Counted from the stretch's first letter, positions 37,201-51,100 are shown. The stretch is DNA of 64,000 nt from Monocercomonoides exilis PA203 (GCA_001643675.2 LSRY02000012.1:1116001-1180000); one strand, 5' to 3'. The notes: generated by a model not told the origin, from the letters alone. A program made the numbers and translations.

Positions 37201-40200
37201 CAACCTTGACTTCCGCGATGAAGAATATATCATATATAACGCAATATTCGGGATGGACGAGGTTGATCATAAGAAGGCGTTTGATTTGATGAGCCTAATT
37301 GTGAAGTATCAGTCTGATACGATTGCAGTATCGAGCAAAGAAGGGAATGGAGGGAGCAATGAGCAGCAATGTGGAAAGCCGAAGTTGCCATGTGCCACAA
37401 TCTGCTTTGGACTGCATCATCTGACTCATGATTTTTTCAGTCAGCTATTTGTCGATGAGGAGTCAATTGTGGACGAAGAAACTATGCTAGAGACATTGAC
37501 GTTTAGGGGATTGCAGGAGAATGGCAGCATTGTGACTGTGAAAGGAGAAATAAAGGGATCTGAGGATTTCGTGATTTGCACAAGTGGAAATGTGCAGCTT
37601 CAACCACTTCTGTTCGCATTCGAGATGGTGTTGCAAACAGAACGCACTTCTTTCTTGAAAGTGGATTCTGGGAAGGCAACACTTAATACATGTTCATTCG
37701 AGGCTGGAAGCTTGATTGGAGGTTTAAAAAGATCTCTTCCATTTTGCCTGCTATTAATCGATGGAGGTGAATGTTTTCTGAACAAGGTGAACATTTCTTC
37801 ACTTTCATTTGAATGTGACACTGCAATCTGCATCAAGGAGTCGACTGAAGTCAACAATTTTGTTGTCAAAAATGTTGATACTGAAAAAGATTTTGTGCAG
37901 ATCAGCGGAAAGGCAGCAGTGAAGATGGAGAATTTGGATGTGACTGAAGTGGAACTACGTGATGGATGTTTTATAGCAGTAAATGGAGGCGAGAGCAAGA
38001 TTTCGAATGAAGAGACGACATCTGCTTTATTTTCTTTTTCACTTTCTTTCATTGAGAATATCACATGTGCGGGAGAGGATGCAAGTGTAATTGACATTGA
38101 ACGATTTGTCTCCATTGCGAAATTGTATAATTGCTCTTTTGCAAGATGCCAAGCACACAAAACAATGGGAGGCATCGCCTCGCTGTCATTTTGCAAAGAT
38201 TTTGAGATAAAAGGATGCATGTTTGATGGAGAAAAACAAATCCAAATAGATGGGCCACATATGGCCAATGTCAATTCCCTCATTTGCGAGTGGAATGGAT
38301 CGCTTGCAGATGTGGTACAAAGCAGATCACTGATAGGTGACACAACTTTCACAAATTCTCCTGATGGTGGACTTTCGGCAAGAGGGGGAACAATGAGAAT
38401 TGAGAAATGTGAGTTTGTAAACAATAATCCTGCGATTGAGTTGTATCCTTCAGTTCGCAGAAATATTTTGTGCTTCGACAAAGCTAAACTAGATGTGTCC
38501 AACTTGAAGGGAGGAGATGGTATATTGTCAAACACATCACTTTGGATCCTAAATAATGGATGTGAACTTGATACACTTATCAAAAAGATCGCTTCTGCAT
38601 TCTTCACTCCCCTTCTGGAGAGTGTTGAAACAAAGGAAGTGGGAACAGTAGTGGGACTTGTGTTTAAAGGGAAATTGCTGCTCCCTTGCAACTTATCGTT
38701 CATGGTTGTAAATCAGATGGGCGATGAAAAACTTATTGAAAAATATGAGTTTGATGAAAGTGGATATGTGTCAGAGACAGAAGTTGAAGGGAGACTGCCA
38801 AAAGAGATGATAACGGAAGCAGGAGAAGGGGTGGAGGTGAGTGTGTGCATTCTGTTTGGGGATGGAAATAATCCATCATCAACTGATTCTTTCATTCTTA
38901 AGAACAGAAGTGAGCCCAGGGTTAATGGAGATGAAAGGATTGTCGAGGGAGGGAAAGAAAGGAAATCTTATTGGTTATTGATTGTTGTTGTGCTTGTTGT
39001 TGTTCTTTTGTTTATTCTAATTGTTGCAGTAATTTCAACACTTCGATGGAGGAAGCAAAAGAGAAGAACAGAAGATCTGAGAGAGATTGTGAATGACACG
39101 GTGAAGAAGGATCCGAAGCTGATTGAGATGGTGACGATGGAGATGTCGCCTGAGGAGCAGTGGAGGAGAGCAGAGAGAGAGGCAGAGAAGAAGAATGAAG
39201 AGAGGATGAAGAAAAGGGTATATGACAAGACACTGGAACATTCAGAGTCATCCGAGCATTTGTTGAGTGAATGTGGATCAACTGAATACATTTTGGGAAG
39301 AGATTCAGACAAGATTCCTGATTGGGCATTGGAGAAGGTTGAAGAAGATGAAAAAGAAGAGGAGGAAAAAAGAAAGAGAGCACCCTCACCTTATGTCTCA
39401 TCAATTTCTTCAACTTGCTCAACTGATTCAGATTCAACATTTGTTCGATCGGAGAGTCTGTGTCCAACCACCTCGTCGATGTCGAATCCGGTTGATGCGA
39501 TGGCCTGTTCATCGCCACATGAGAAACTGATTGTGGATTTGAGAGATTCGCTGTTCATGTTGTTGCATGGAAGGAACGAGAAGAAGGAGATGGTGATTGG
39601 CACTCTGCAAGAGAGGGAGGTGACAGCTGCTCAGATCCTGTTCTGGGTGGCTAATCTCGCACTTCATTCATTTGACGAAATGGAAGCTCCTCTTCAGTCA
39701 CTTGCCAATTTGAGTCCGCATATTGTGCTCTTCTCAGAACACATGGTGATCTGCATTGTTATGCACTCTGATTTGCTTTCGTCCGATGATAGTTCAGATT
39801 CATCATCCATCTCTTTATCGACTGTTGTGACATCTGCAAGTGATGATGATGAAAGTGATTCTCTGCCATCGTCAGCGTTTGAAGATGAGGATGACTTCAA
39901 AAAAGAGTGTCTGAGGTGGAAGGCACCCGAGCTGTTGATCAACAAGAAGATGGGAGCAACCAAAGGGTCAGTTTCATTCTCGATTGGGATGATGTTGTGG
40001 GAGTGTTTGAGTCTATAAATTCCGTTTGGCGAGTATGAGGCAGTGGTTGCTGGGCAGAAGATTGTGAATGGAGAGAGGCCAGATCAAGAAATGATTGGCG
40101 ACAGCAATCTGAAAGAATGTTCAAAAGAATGCATAGCAGTTCGTCCTGAAGCAAGGCCAACGCTCACATCCATAAAAAGAGTGCTTATCCAACATTTTCC

Positions 40201-40318
40201 GCTTGGAGCTGCTGTTCTCACAATGTCCGATGCGATTGATATGGGGCAGTGCTCTGAGGATAGAGCATATTCAGATAGAATTGCTGATAGTAACAGTCCA
40301 TCTACATACACAATTTGA
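31265..40318 (+). pseudogene. Large type I membrane receptor-pseudokinase (~3000 codons): signal peptide, Cys-rich beta-helix/GG-repeat ectodomain, TM helix and degenerate TKL-like kinase; five in-frame stops
   Basis: ORFs at 31589, 33491, 35927 and 40043 share one frame that extends upstream to MIQNAFMKTFVAVAFACIQVYARA. Stops are TGA 31376, TAA 33425, TAA 35741, TGA 35879 and TAA 40016. TM helix WLLIVVVLVVVLLFILIVAVI. Kinase C-lobe LRWKAPE..SFSIGMMLWECL*IPFGEY..GERP..C...P..RP. Confidence 0.85.
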
Positions 40319-41268
40319 ATATGCATCGCATGATCTTCATATAGAAAAATTGCCTCAAGAACTTATGAGCTGAGAATTAATTTGTAACTGTTTATCTTTT
40401 GAATGTACTGCTTCCATCTCCTTATCTTGACGCAACCAATTTTTATCTGTGAAGCCTCTGTTCAGAGGTTTTTATCCAATTTCATTTGATCACTGATACT
40501 ATTGTTGAATTGCTTATGTGAGAGTTTTAACCAGTTAATATATCGTATTTGAGATTCCAAACAAACAGATCAGTGCAAACAATTAAAGAAACATATTGCT
40601 GAACTTCAGCAAAGCTTCTTTCTTTTTCTCTTTACAACGTTGTTTATCACCGCGCAACAACACTTGAGTGCAAGGAATACTGAATATATGAATGGGCAAA
40701 ATAGTATCTGAGAGATATGTTTCATGACGAGTGAATTCTGCTCGTTTCACTTCATCAATTTCATTTTTTCGCACAAACTTCTGAATTGGAACTTAAAAAT
40801 CAACAGAAGATGCAACATCTCAGATTTATACAGTCTGTGCTTTTGTATATGCAATGGTCCGTTCATATTACTGACGAATTATTTAACAGAAAAGAAAATT
40901 AAAATTTTCATTTTATAAAAAAAAGAATGGAAATTTTTAGTTATTTGGTGCAAAATTCTTTCATTTATGAAAAAAACAAAGATTTGTTCCAAACTTTTTC
41001 TCCAACCTTATCATTATTAGTCTTTCATTTCCATGACAAAAAAATACAGAAAAATTCTAAAATTGAGTAAAAAAATTTGTTTGAGTTGAATGGAACAAAA
41101 TTCAAAAAGCAAAAAATTTCGTCCCTTTAAAGTGCATTTTGTTTCAGAATAAAATGAAACAAAACAAAGAATTATCAATGGAAAATCAAGGTCATTATTA
41201 AAAAAACATATTTTTTTTTGAAGGATAGAAATACTTGTTTTCCACTTAATGTCAATCTCTAAATTTCT

Positions 41269-41828
41269 GTCATATGAAAAAGAGTGTTTTCCAATCTCAT
41301 TCATTTGTTCGATAAATAATATAGAATGGCAGAAACAATAATGTTTACACAAAAATTTGAAAATTTCTTCATTCAACTCTTAAAAATTGAGAGAAAATTT
41401 ATATGATAATTTTTGAAAAAATATGGGTGATTATTATTCAAATGTCTAAATTATTTTGAATAGTTCCTTTTGTTAACTTTTCAAATAGAATTAAAATTTC
41501 ATATTTCAATCAAATTTCTGTTCCCAATCACGAAACTTTTCTTGAAAGGAAATAATTACGCTGTCACGTTTTTATTTTCATGCCAGCAATATTTGGTGAG
41601 TGGGAACGGAAATTTGATCAAAATTTGAAATTTTAATTTTATTTGTAAATTAAACAAGAGGAATTTTTTTTTAAAAAATTTGTACAAATCATAACTTTTG
41701 TCGGTGTGTTAAAAATCCAAATGTTTTTCGTCATTAGCCAAATAATTATCATCCATATGTTGAATACATTATATTTGATTCAAAATTCTATGTTTTGGAA
41801 ATGAAAGACAGAGTTTTTTACATATGAC
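41269..41828. repeat. Degenerate long inverted repeat (old foldback element); limits approximate
   Basis: TCAAATTTCTGTTCCCAATCAC pairs with GTGAGTGGGAACGGAAATTTGA around a centre near 41560. ATATGGGTGATTATTATT pairs with AATAATTATCATCCATAT, and GTCATATG with CATATGAC. Confidence 0.6.
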
Positions 41829-42374
41829 TTTTTCATTTATCATTGTTCATTGAAACTTAATCTTCACAAAAATTTTTTGTGAAATTTTATTCAGGAAAAT
41901 CAATAATTTTATTAATAGTCGCATAGATGGTATTTATGGTTGGAAATGTGTTCATTTAAAATTTTTTCATGAGTGTTGTTGATAATGTTGAAATGTTCCA
42001 TTTTGAAAAGATAATTAGTGTTCAAAATTGGAATAGAAAAGATTGGAAAATTTTACATGTGCTATTATTTTTATATTCAAAATTCACAAACGTTCAATCA
42101 AATTTTTCTTAGAAAAAATTTTCTTTTAAAAAATATGAAATATGCTTGGAAGTTTATGCATTATACTCGAATTATTCCATTGTGCATTCTTCTCTAACAT
42201 TGACTTTTGGAATAATTGGGATACTTTTGAAAATTTCTTGATTATTTTCTTTGCAATATCAAAAACCTCTTATAAACACATACAGAGAGATTCGTAAAGA
42301 TTTCATTAATAATTGCCCATTTAAACAAAAGAAGGACGAAAACTTATTAATAATAAAATTCTGATTGTGAGCCA

Positions 42375-42995
42375 AGATTGTGCAAAAAATTCAGAATATC
42401 GCAAAAAATACCATATAATATCCATATCTCAATAACTGCTCAAAGAATAAGTCTTATGTTAATCTTCACAAACTCTTTTATCAAACCAGACTTTCATTTT
42501 CATGTGGGTAATTGTTTTTGATGTCATATTTTTTCTTTCTGAAATATCTGTACGAAGTTTTCATATTAATATCAAAAAAAGATCACTGAAAATTTTAGAT
42601 ATTGTTAAAGATATCTTCATCTTTATTTGAACAATTTCATTTAAATTTTTAGGAGTTGTGATAATTTTTTATTACAATAAGAAATCTCTTTCCAATGACA
42701 TTTAGCTTTAGAAAAATTTATACTCCAAAATAAGTTTTGATTTCAAAAATAATCACCCTTATTAACAAAAGATTATAAAAAAAATAATTATTGAAATCTC
42801 GGAGAAACTGAATAAGTTATATTTCGAAGATATTTCAGCAATTATTATATATATTATTTGGTTGAAGTGAAAATGAAAGTCTGATGTGCCAAATGAATTT
42901 TTATCAACAAAATATTTTTGGAGGAATATAATCGAATTCACTTTTTCAGAGATTATTTAAAAATGGTTCTTGTCCGGCATTTTTTGCACAATCTG
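42375..42995. mobile_element. Decayed relative of the 43722-44117 MITE family
   Basis: Ends AGATTGTGCAAAAAAT and ATTTTTTGCACAATCTG are inverted. It shares AAATCTCGGAGAAA, TTGGAGGAATAT and TCTTGTCCGG with the young copy. Confidence 0.6.
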
Positions 42996-43434
42996 TTCTC
43001 AATTGCATGATGATGATAAATCAAATTCGTTTTTCATTATTTCGATATATCTTCGATAAGAAATGCATTTTTTTCCAAAAATCCTGATCACAACCGAAGT
43101 CATTTGAACCTTTCAATGTAGAATAATAAAAAGGACTTAAACTTTCCATATTTAAAATAAAAATACATGGAGCAAAAAATCTACATTTATGAAAAATTCA
43201 ACTATTTGTTTCAAGTTTATTTATCAACGAACTGAAATAAGTCTAACAAAAACATGCATAATAATGAAGAAAATAAAAAAATATATTGAGAAAAACATTC
43301 GATAAAATAGAGTGGAACAAAATTCATTAAGCAAGAAATTGTATCCCACATTTCCATGGATTTTATTGCAATTGTCGTAATCAAAATGAAAAATTTATAA
43401 TGAAAAGAAAAAATTCAAAATTTAAAAATTATCT

Positions 43435-43470
<36 letters not shown>

Positions 43471-43721
43471 CATTAATTTGAAATGCATAATGACGAATTG
43501 AACAGAAGCAAAATACAAGAGAAATATGTACCCAGAAATGAATCAGAAAAATCAACAATAATATTCATTTTCATATATGTGACAAATAATGATTTGTTTT
43601 GTCTATATTTTTTTCTAAAAATTTCACATTTTTAAAAAATGACAAAACTTGTGTTTAACTTTATCTTTCACTTCATTATTGTCGTTTTTCTATTTTTTTT
43701 TTAACAAAAGAGACTTTATTA

Positions 43722-44117
43722 CAGATATTGCATAAAATACCGGACATCGCACAAAATACCGGACAAGATCGTTTTCTCAATAACCACTCAAAGAGAAAAT
43801 CTGATAATATTCCTCCAAATATATCGAAACAAAGCTAACTCATTTGCCATACCGGGCATTCATTTCCGTGCAGACTGAATATTAAAAAAATAATTTTTAA
43901 AATCTCGGAGAAACACAAAATCATATTTCTCCGAGATTTTAAAAATTATTTTTTTAATATTCAGTCTGCACGGAAATGAATGCCCGGTATGGCAAATGAG
44001 TTAGCTTTGTTTCGATATATTTGGAGGAATATTATCAGATTTTCTCTTTGAGTGGTTATTGAGAAAACGATCTTGTCCGGTATTTTGTGCGATGTCCGGT
44101 ATTTTATGCAATATCTG
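43722..44117. mobile_element. Perfect palindromic MITE (Tc1/mariner-type ends), 396 bp
   Basis: 192-bp arms at 43722-43913 and 43926-44117 with no mismatch seen, and a 12-bp spacer CACAAAATCATA. CAG...CTG termini with TA on both flanks. Confidence 0.9.
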
Positions 44118-44525
44118 TACATATGGCTGATACTTTTTGAAATCATTCTTTTGTTCGAGTTTTAAATAGAATTTTGTTTTCTATGGGATTTTGAAAAAAT
44201 ATAAGTTGAAATAGTGAACACTTATTGTTAATGATAAACCTGAGTGACGTACTGACTTTTGACGTGAAATTTTCGAATTCTGACGGACTTGGAAATTTTA
44301 TCACGTCACTGAAAAATTTTCATTAAGTCTTTCACAGTCTTTTGATAATGTTAATATAATTTTTATTCTTTTATTCTAACCTTCAAAAAATTAATAAATA
44401 GTATCTTTGAATTTTGTTTTAATTTTTGATCACACAAATAACTTGTATTTCACTGACGCATTAGTCATTTGAGGAATTTTAATTGTCATTGACGGTCACT
44501 GACGTCAGCTTCAGTCATTACGCAA

Positions 44526-47431
44526 ATGGAAATACTGTCGAAAGGTTTTCAAAGTGAATTGCCTGATGAGTTGGTTTCGAGCCTCAATAACCCTCTAATT
44601 GTTTGCTTTTTAAAAAATGCATTTGTTTAAATATATTATTTTGTATTTGATTCATTGCAGCAAGAAGCTTATGAAAAAATGAAAAAGAAAATGGAGAATG
44701 CGAAGTGCTCATTTGTTCAACTGCAAAAACGCATTAACTCAAAATATGGAACAGGTAAACGTTAAATATGAAAATAATATTCAAGATTCATTTTTTGTTA
44801 ATTTTTCCAAGTTTTCGTTCATCCAAAAAAGAAAAATGAATTTATATCAAAGCTCAAATTTGAACTGTTGGAAGATAGTTTATGGATTACTTATGTAATT
44901 ACGGACGAAAATGGATATACAGGGAAAGATTGTCACAAGTATTTCCTTTGCCCTGTATCCAAGGATGGATATGCTTGCGGCATATCAGGAAGGAAGAATT
45001 ATTCCATTGTTAAACATCACAAGTGCGATTTACTGAGTATTCGAGAATTTTTGAATTTCAAAAAACAGACAGATTTACCCATTACCAAAAGTTCTCAAGA
45101 GCACTCTATATCATTTGAACGAGATTGTTCACCCAAAGAATTAGAAAAGCAGTTTATATCGATGGTTGGAAGGTCCAATGCTTCTTTTTTGTCTTCATCC
45201 TCAAAGGAAGTTAATACATTCATATTCTCCTTAATTCGAGCCGGTCAAGCTAATCATTCTATTTCACCTTTGTCAATTTTCCCATACTTAACACGAAGGA
45301 AAATTTCTCATTTGATCATCAATGAAAAAACTGACAAAGAGAAGGAAAAAAAGCAAAAAGTTTCAAACAAGGGAATAAGTGTAATGTTTGATGGAGCAAC
45401 TGCTGCAAATAAAAAATTCATGGTGGTGAATGTTTCCATTTTGTCTTTGAATTCTTCTCCATTTTTTTGGGGTCTTTATGAATCGTGTGGAACAACGTCG
45501 GAGTTTTTTTTATTCATTCAACAATTAATCTCAGAGTTTCGATCATTCAATGCAGTGATCAGAAGTTTTTGCACTGATGGTTTTTCTTCACAGAAAAAGG
45601 CAATAACTCAATTCTCTGAATTCGAAGAAACTGGCTCAGGAAGTTCTGAAAGAAACAGATACTCATTTTTTCCAGTTCATATTCATTGCTGCAACCATCT
45701 AACAAATTTAGTCATCATTAATGCTTTTTCAAAAATACCATTTTTAATTTCCATCAAACAAATGTTACAAGATTTTTCACAAGGATCCCATTCTAAATCT
45801 GTAAGAACACTCTTGAAAAAGCGCATTCCTTCATTCGTCACAACAAGATGGATGAGCCTGTTCAATATTTCTTCTTTTATTAGGAAAAAATTCGATGTTG
45901 TTGTTAATCAAAAATTTTTGGATTATTCATGTGCGTTAGATATTATCAAAACTGAGTTGTTGCTTTTCCCTCTACAGAACCTTCATTTAATGTTTGAAAA
46001 AGACAGAACAAAGCTTTGTCAAGTGTTTCCTTATTTACTCGATTCATTTGATTATCTATTTCATATTTCAAAGCATCATTTGTTTCAAGATGCGAAATGG
46101 CGCAACGCTATCACAAACGTTATCATTTTGTTACATAATTATTTTTTAACAGGAATTCGGGGGGAGTACGTTTCACTTTCTTATGCATTAACACCAGAAG
46201 GAATTCAATTGATAAGAAATCAGACATTTCTGAAAGCTCAACTTTCTTCATCTTTTTCATTGAAGTGCACGATTCAACAATCCGACTCAAATGAAACAAT
46301 TGTGTTTAATCAATCTCAATCTTTCCCTGTTTCAATTTTTCATCCTTGGCCTTTTCCATTTGATATTTCGGAAAAAACATATTTTGTGTCAAAAAGTTTA
46401 AATTCTTTCGATTCTTCAACTTCCTTCATGAATGAAGATACTCATGACATTTATGATCTTTCAATGCCAAAAAGAAAACAAGTTTGCTTCGACAAACAAA
46501 ATTCATCAATTAAAAGCAATAGTTTGCAATCAATATTTCTTCATTTTTTTTTAATTTTTTTTTTTTTATTTTTTAATGATTTTTTGGTTCGGAAAATAAA
46601 AATGAGGAATTTATTGAGATCGAAAAACTAATAAAAGAAATTGAAGAAAAAGAAAAAGATGTTTTTACGAAAATTGGTGAATTGAAGGGTTTGGAAGACA
46701 GTGAAAGCGAAGAAAGCGACGAATATGGACTTGTACAAGCAGAAAATGATGCGATTGATGATGTATATGATTGTTTATTTCGTAAGGAATTGGAAACAGA
46801 AGATTCTTCATTTATACGGGAAGATTTTGCGTCATCATCAACATCTCCTTCTTCTTCCATCTCACAGACTTTGAGATCTTCTTCTTCTTCTTCAGAATAT
46901 TTTTCAGATATCGATACTGAATTGAGAAATGACTCCTTTCATTGTGCATGCAGCACAGCTGGAGAAGAGACGTTTCAAGATGAAGAAGAAGTACAGGAAT
47001 TATTTTCGACAAAGAAAATAGATTTATGTATAGAATTCAACGAAGAGAAAGAAAAAACTATATTACAAGAAATCCAAAATTTGCTATACACAAACTGGTT
47101 TCCTCGACTTGACAGATCATTTACGAATTATGCTCGGAGCGTGCTTAAAGATTATGGAAACAATTCTATAACTGCTTGCAAGTTGTTCTTTGAAAATCAG
47201 ATGAAATCGAAGTCGGAAGAAATGCTCGAAAAAGATCCAGAAATCTTTTACAATGTAATTGCTGAGTTTGGTAATCTCCAATCGTTGTATTCAGGCTTAT
47301 GTTTGTCACTAATCCTATCTCCATGCAGCGAAGCTAGCTGCGAGAGAATTATTTCAAAAATCAAAAACATAATTGGAGATAAAAGAAACTCGATAAGCTT
47401 ACAAACTTTGGAAGCATTACTTCATATTTGA
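44526..47431 (+). CDS. hAT-family DDE transposase; predicted exons 44526-44600, 44661-44754, 44812-46481, 46607-47431 (~890 aa)
   Basis: ISVMFDG (first D), FCTDG (second D), HIHCCNH (CxxH), TTRWMS, and the C-terminal PCSEASCERIISKIKNIIGDKRNSI (catalytic E, dimerisation region). The third intron's borders are uncertain. Confidence 0.88.
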
Positions 47432-48149
47432 CTTTAATCACTGTTTTGTATTTGTCTTTTAAAAATTTATTTCATTTCATTCTATTTTTCAAGTTATTCT
47501 TATTGAACAAGCAAAGCATATAAATCATATTCAAAAATACAACGCTTTCAACGTGGTAAAATGATCTTTAAGTTGCGAATGATTTCTCTTTATATGTTTT
47601 TAAAAAAATGGAAAATCATACAGACATATGTTTTTATCTTAATATAAAACGTTCATTCACTTTGTCCAATATCGCAAACTTGTGGTTTTATGTTCCTGTA
47701 ATGAAGGACTTTGTAAATGAAATTTCATGAAAGATTGTTTCAAATGAACAATGCGAAATGAAAACAAAACAAAAAATATAGATGCACTTTCTCAGCATCA
47801 TCAATTCTAACCTTTATTATTAAATGAATATTGATTTGTTTGAGTGTTAGCATTTAATCATTTCATTCGATTGATACAGCTTGTGGAATGAAGATTTCTT
47901 CACTAACCTTCATTCAAGAAGTTATTTATTGACTGATTCATTCCTTTATTCTTCTCTTCCTCTTCCAAAAGCCTTTCGATTGACTAATCATTCCTTCTTT
48001 AACTATTTTTACATTTGCAATTTTGTCCGGTCCATCCAAAAAAACAACACAGCTATTCCATTTTGTGAAGAGAGCTCCACACGATCAAAACATTTTTTGG
48101 CCCTTTGAATCTAGCCAAATGCACTTACAGTTTCATGTTTTGGAGAAAT

Positions 48150-51100
48150 CTCAAGAATCCTTCCCTCGACAGCTGTGTGGATAACACAGCTGGATCACTG
48201 AAAAGACGATTCTGCAGGAAAAGCTGTCATTTAACTATCTAAACCATATTTATGCCCACGAGCTCACACTATCAGCGGGGATATTCAACCTCCACGACGA
48301 AAAACTTATCATAGAGGCTGATATGCGCTTGCTGCAGAATCTGCTGCACCTGCCATTCTATTTGGATGCTGCTCCGCTGGGAAGCAAGACATTTTGGAGA
48401 TCGTGTGCCAGACGCTGATTCCAACTGACGCATGTTGTGTTTGAGATCGGGCGAGGCGCAGAGATAACTGCGATGCACTTTCTGGAGCAGATACCAATCT
48501 GCGAGGTGAATGCTCCGATGCAGTCGATTGTGCTGCGGCACGAAGGTGGGACGAGCATTGACAACAGACTGGAATTGTCTGATGTGAAGCGGCTGAATGC
48601 GTCAGCAACTTATTTCCCTCTGTTTGAGTGTTCTATCACGAGAGGGATTGTACCTGCTATGAAAAGTAGGCAATATATTGGTGCTTCCATCCACTGATAC
48701 AAAGAAGCAACTTAATGAGGATTCAGATCATGTTGGAAATCAGATACAGCGCAATGAGTGAGATGAATGAGAATGTGGAGGAGGATTAGAGGGGAGAGGA
48801 AGTGATGGAACTTAAGGCATCACACACACAAAAACTGAGCTCCAAGCGCTGCTGGCAGGAGACGGTTTCATCGCGAAGGAAGGAGCAGAGCCACTTGTGG
48901 ATGAGAAAAAGACAACAATTCCAGCTCCTCTTTCTCCTTTGCCTAGCAAGCTGCGCTTGTTGTCACATGAGCGAATTGGCTTTGGGAGTGTGGCGGGTGG
49001 GAGCATCGAGCGGAGGCTGGTGTGTCTGGTGTGTCCGCGTGTGAGGAGACACCGTGCACTGCAGAAGAGGGCGTACGAGAAAAGAAAGAAGAGAGACATC
49101 CTGCATGACTGGAAAGAGATCCATCCGCTGATCAAGTTGCAGGTTTTGACGATTCTGCCGATCAAAGGAAAAATTGCAGAAGGATAGAAATGTGTGTGTG
49201 ATGAACAACTTTATGTGATGCATTCTGTTATTTTGGTGAATTCACTTCTGTAACTTTCTCTTTCGATGAATTCGAAGTGGAATTCCTCAATCGAAAATCA
49301 GAACACTTCAACTTTATTTGCTGTGAATAATGAAGAAGCAAGTTCAAAAGTTATTCAGATCTTTTTATATCAATGTTTCCCTTCAACATGTCGAACTTCT
49401 TTTATTAATGCTTCTTCTTCATCCTCTTTATCTAATGTTGTTGCTTCCAACATAAACTCAGGCAAAACTTATGATCACTCCGTCATCGCCTCACTCTCCA
49501 CGCAGCACTCTCAACTGGGAAAAATCAAAGGGTTTCCTTCTTCTTCTTATCCTGTGCCTTCTCAATCTTCATCTTCCTCCTCACTGGAAATTGCCCCGCA
49601 TCAACCAAGCATCCGCAAGCAGCCACCGAGAGTGAGTGTCATTGAGCGCATGATGAAATCAAGGGGCATTCAAATAGCCACACGACTTGAGCAGTTCCGC
49701 CCTGTCCTGGAAAAAGCGAGAAATGAAGAGAATTAGTTTCTGTTGGAGCTGGCGAGGCAGCCTGTTGATCCACTTTCGGCTGCTGCTGCGTCAACACTGC
49801 AATCACGAACATTGGCCAGTGGCATTCCACTCAATGAAACCACGAAGCAGGCACTGGAGATAGCAGCGCAGACAAAAGAGGAACAGAAAATCAGGAATTT
49901 TCAGAAGGAGAAGGAGAGAAAAGCGTTTGGGATGTACAACCTCACTCCAACTTCGTCCGCCATGAAAGGAACTCCAAGAGAGGACAAAAGGAACTTGGAT
50001 CCGCTGAGAGAGTCGCAAAGCAGCAGTGTTGGAGGAAGGAGAATGACTTTTGCAGAAGAAGTGAGCGGAGTGAATGTGTCTCTTCCTCCCTTGTTGAATC
50101 CGTCTTCTGGCTCTTCTTCTGGTTCTTGTTCAGTTTCAGTTCCATTGTCTTCTCAACAGGGAATAGTGCGACAGTGGTTTATGCAATCACAGGAGATTCA
50201 GGGAATTCAATGGTTTATTTCAACTTGAGAAATGAATAAGAAATACTACGTATTTCGTCTGCATCCTTTGGGGATGCAAGAGTCAAATGAAGGGGAAGAG
50301 TGCATGAAGGGCGGATGCCATCGAAGAAGGAGAAGTTTTGTCTGTTGGATGGGCTGCAGAATTTGGATGGAAACGATTTGGACAGAGGGATGAGGGGAAT
50401 GCTGGGAGAAGGAGACGAAGATTGTGAATGGAACGACGGTTTCAGAGAGCCATATCAGTAGATATTTTTGAGAATGTTGTTCAAAAATAGCTCGACTATC
50501 CGATTTTCGGAGCTGTATAAAGCTTCTCTTCTTTAAAAAGTGTTTCTGTTTCAGCCACCGCTCAGTGCAAACAGTAATGGAGCTATTTCTTCTGTTTCTG
50601 CTTCATTGTCATCTTCAGTTATCACTTCTTTATCCTCATCTTGCTCCGCTGTTGCATGCATTTCTGGTTCGTTATTTTCTTCTCGTCCTTCTTTTCTCCT
50701 TTTTCACTAAATATTTATCATCACAAAAATTTCTTCAATTCTTTTGACCACATTTCCTTTCAAAATATTTTACTAGATCAAGAACTTTGTTTTCTTTCAC
50801 TTTATTCAACAATCTTTCTTATTTTTCATTTTCTATTCATCTTTTTCTCATTTTGATTTGTTATGTTTTCCTTTATCAACATATTTCCTTGTTTCCTTTT
50901 CATTTCATTCATGATCTCTGATTTCAACTCAGAATGTGAAGAAATCCAATCAGATGATGTGTGAGGATAATGAAGAAGAAGTTGTGTGAAATGTTGTTGA
51001 TGTATTTGAAGAAGAAGAAGAAGATGATGATGATAATGAATGAATGACATGAAATGATTAATTGTTGAAAATTGAGAAGATGAATGTCAATAAATATCAA

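Noticed and set aside
31265-40318. TAA/TAG-to-Gln reassignment (known in the oxymonad Streblomastix) as the explanation for the in-frame stops
   Set aside because: RPS24, GPT, AC19, COPA and ATG5 end in TAA, long Gln-rich ORFs use only CAA/CAG, and two of the five stops are TGA.
30280-41000. Receptor pseudogene enclosed in a single large TIR element
   Set aside because: I could not find matching inverted termini or a TSD on its two flanks.
25218-44117. CRISPR-like array among the repeats
   Set aside because: The repeats are inverted termini with TSDs, not regularly spaced direct repeats, the context is eukaryotic, and there are no cas genes.
49640-49740. IATRLEQFRPVLEK as a DIRS-retrotransposon pre-RT motif
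   Set aside because: No reverse transcriptase, RNase H or tyrosine-recombinase motifs follow.
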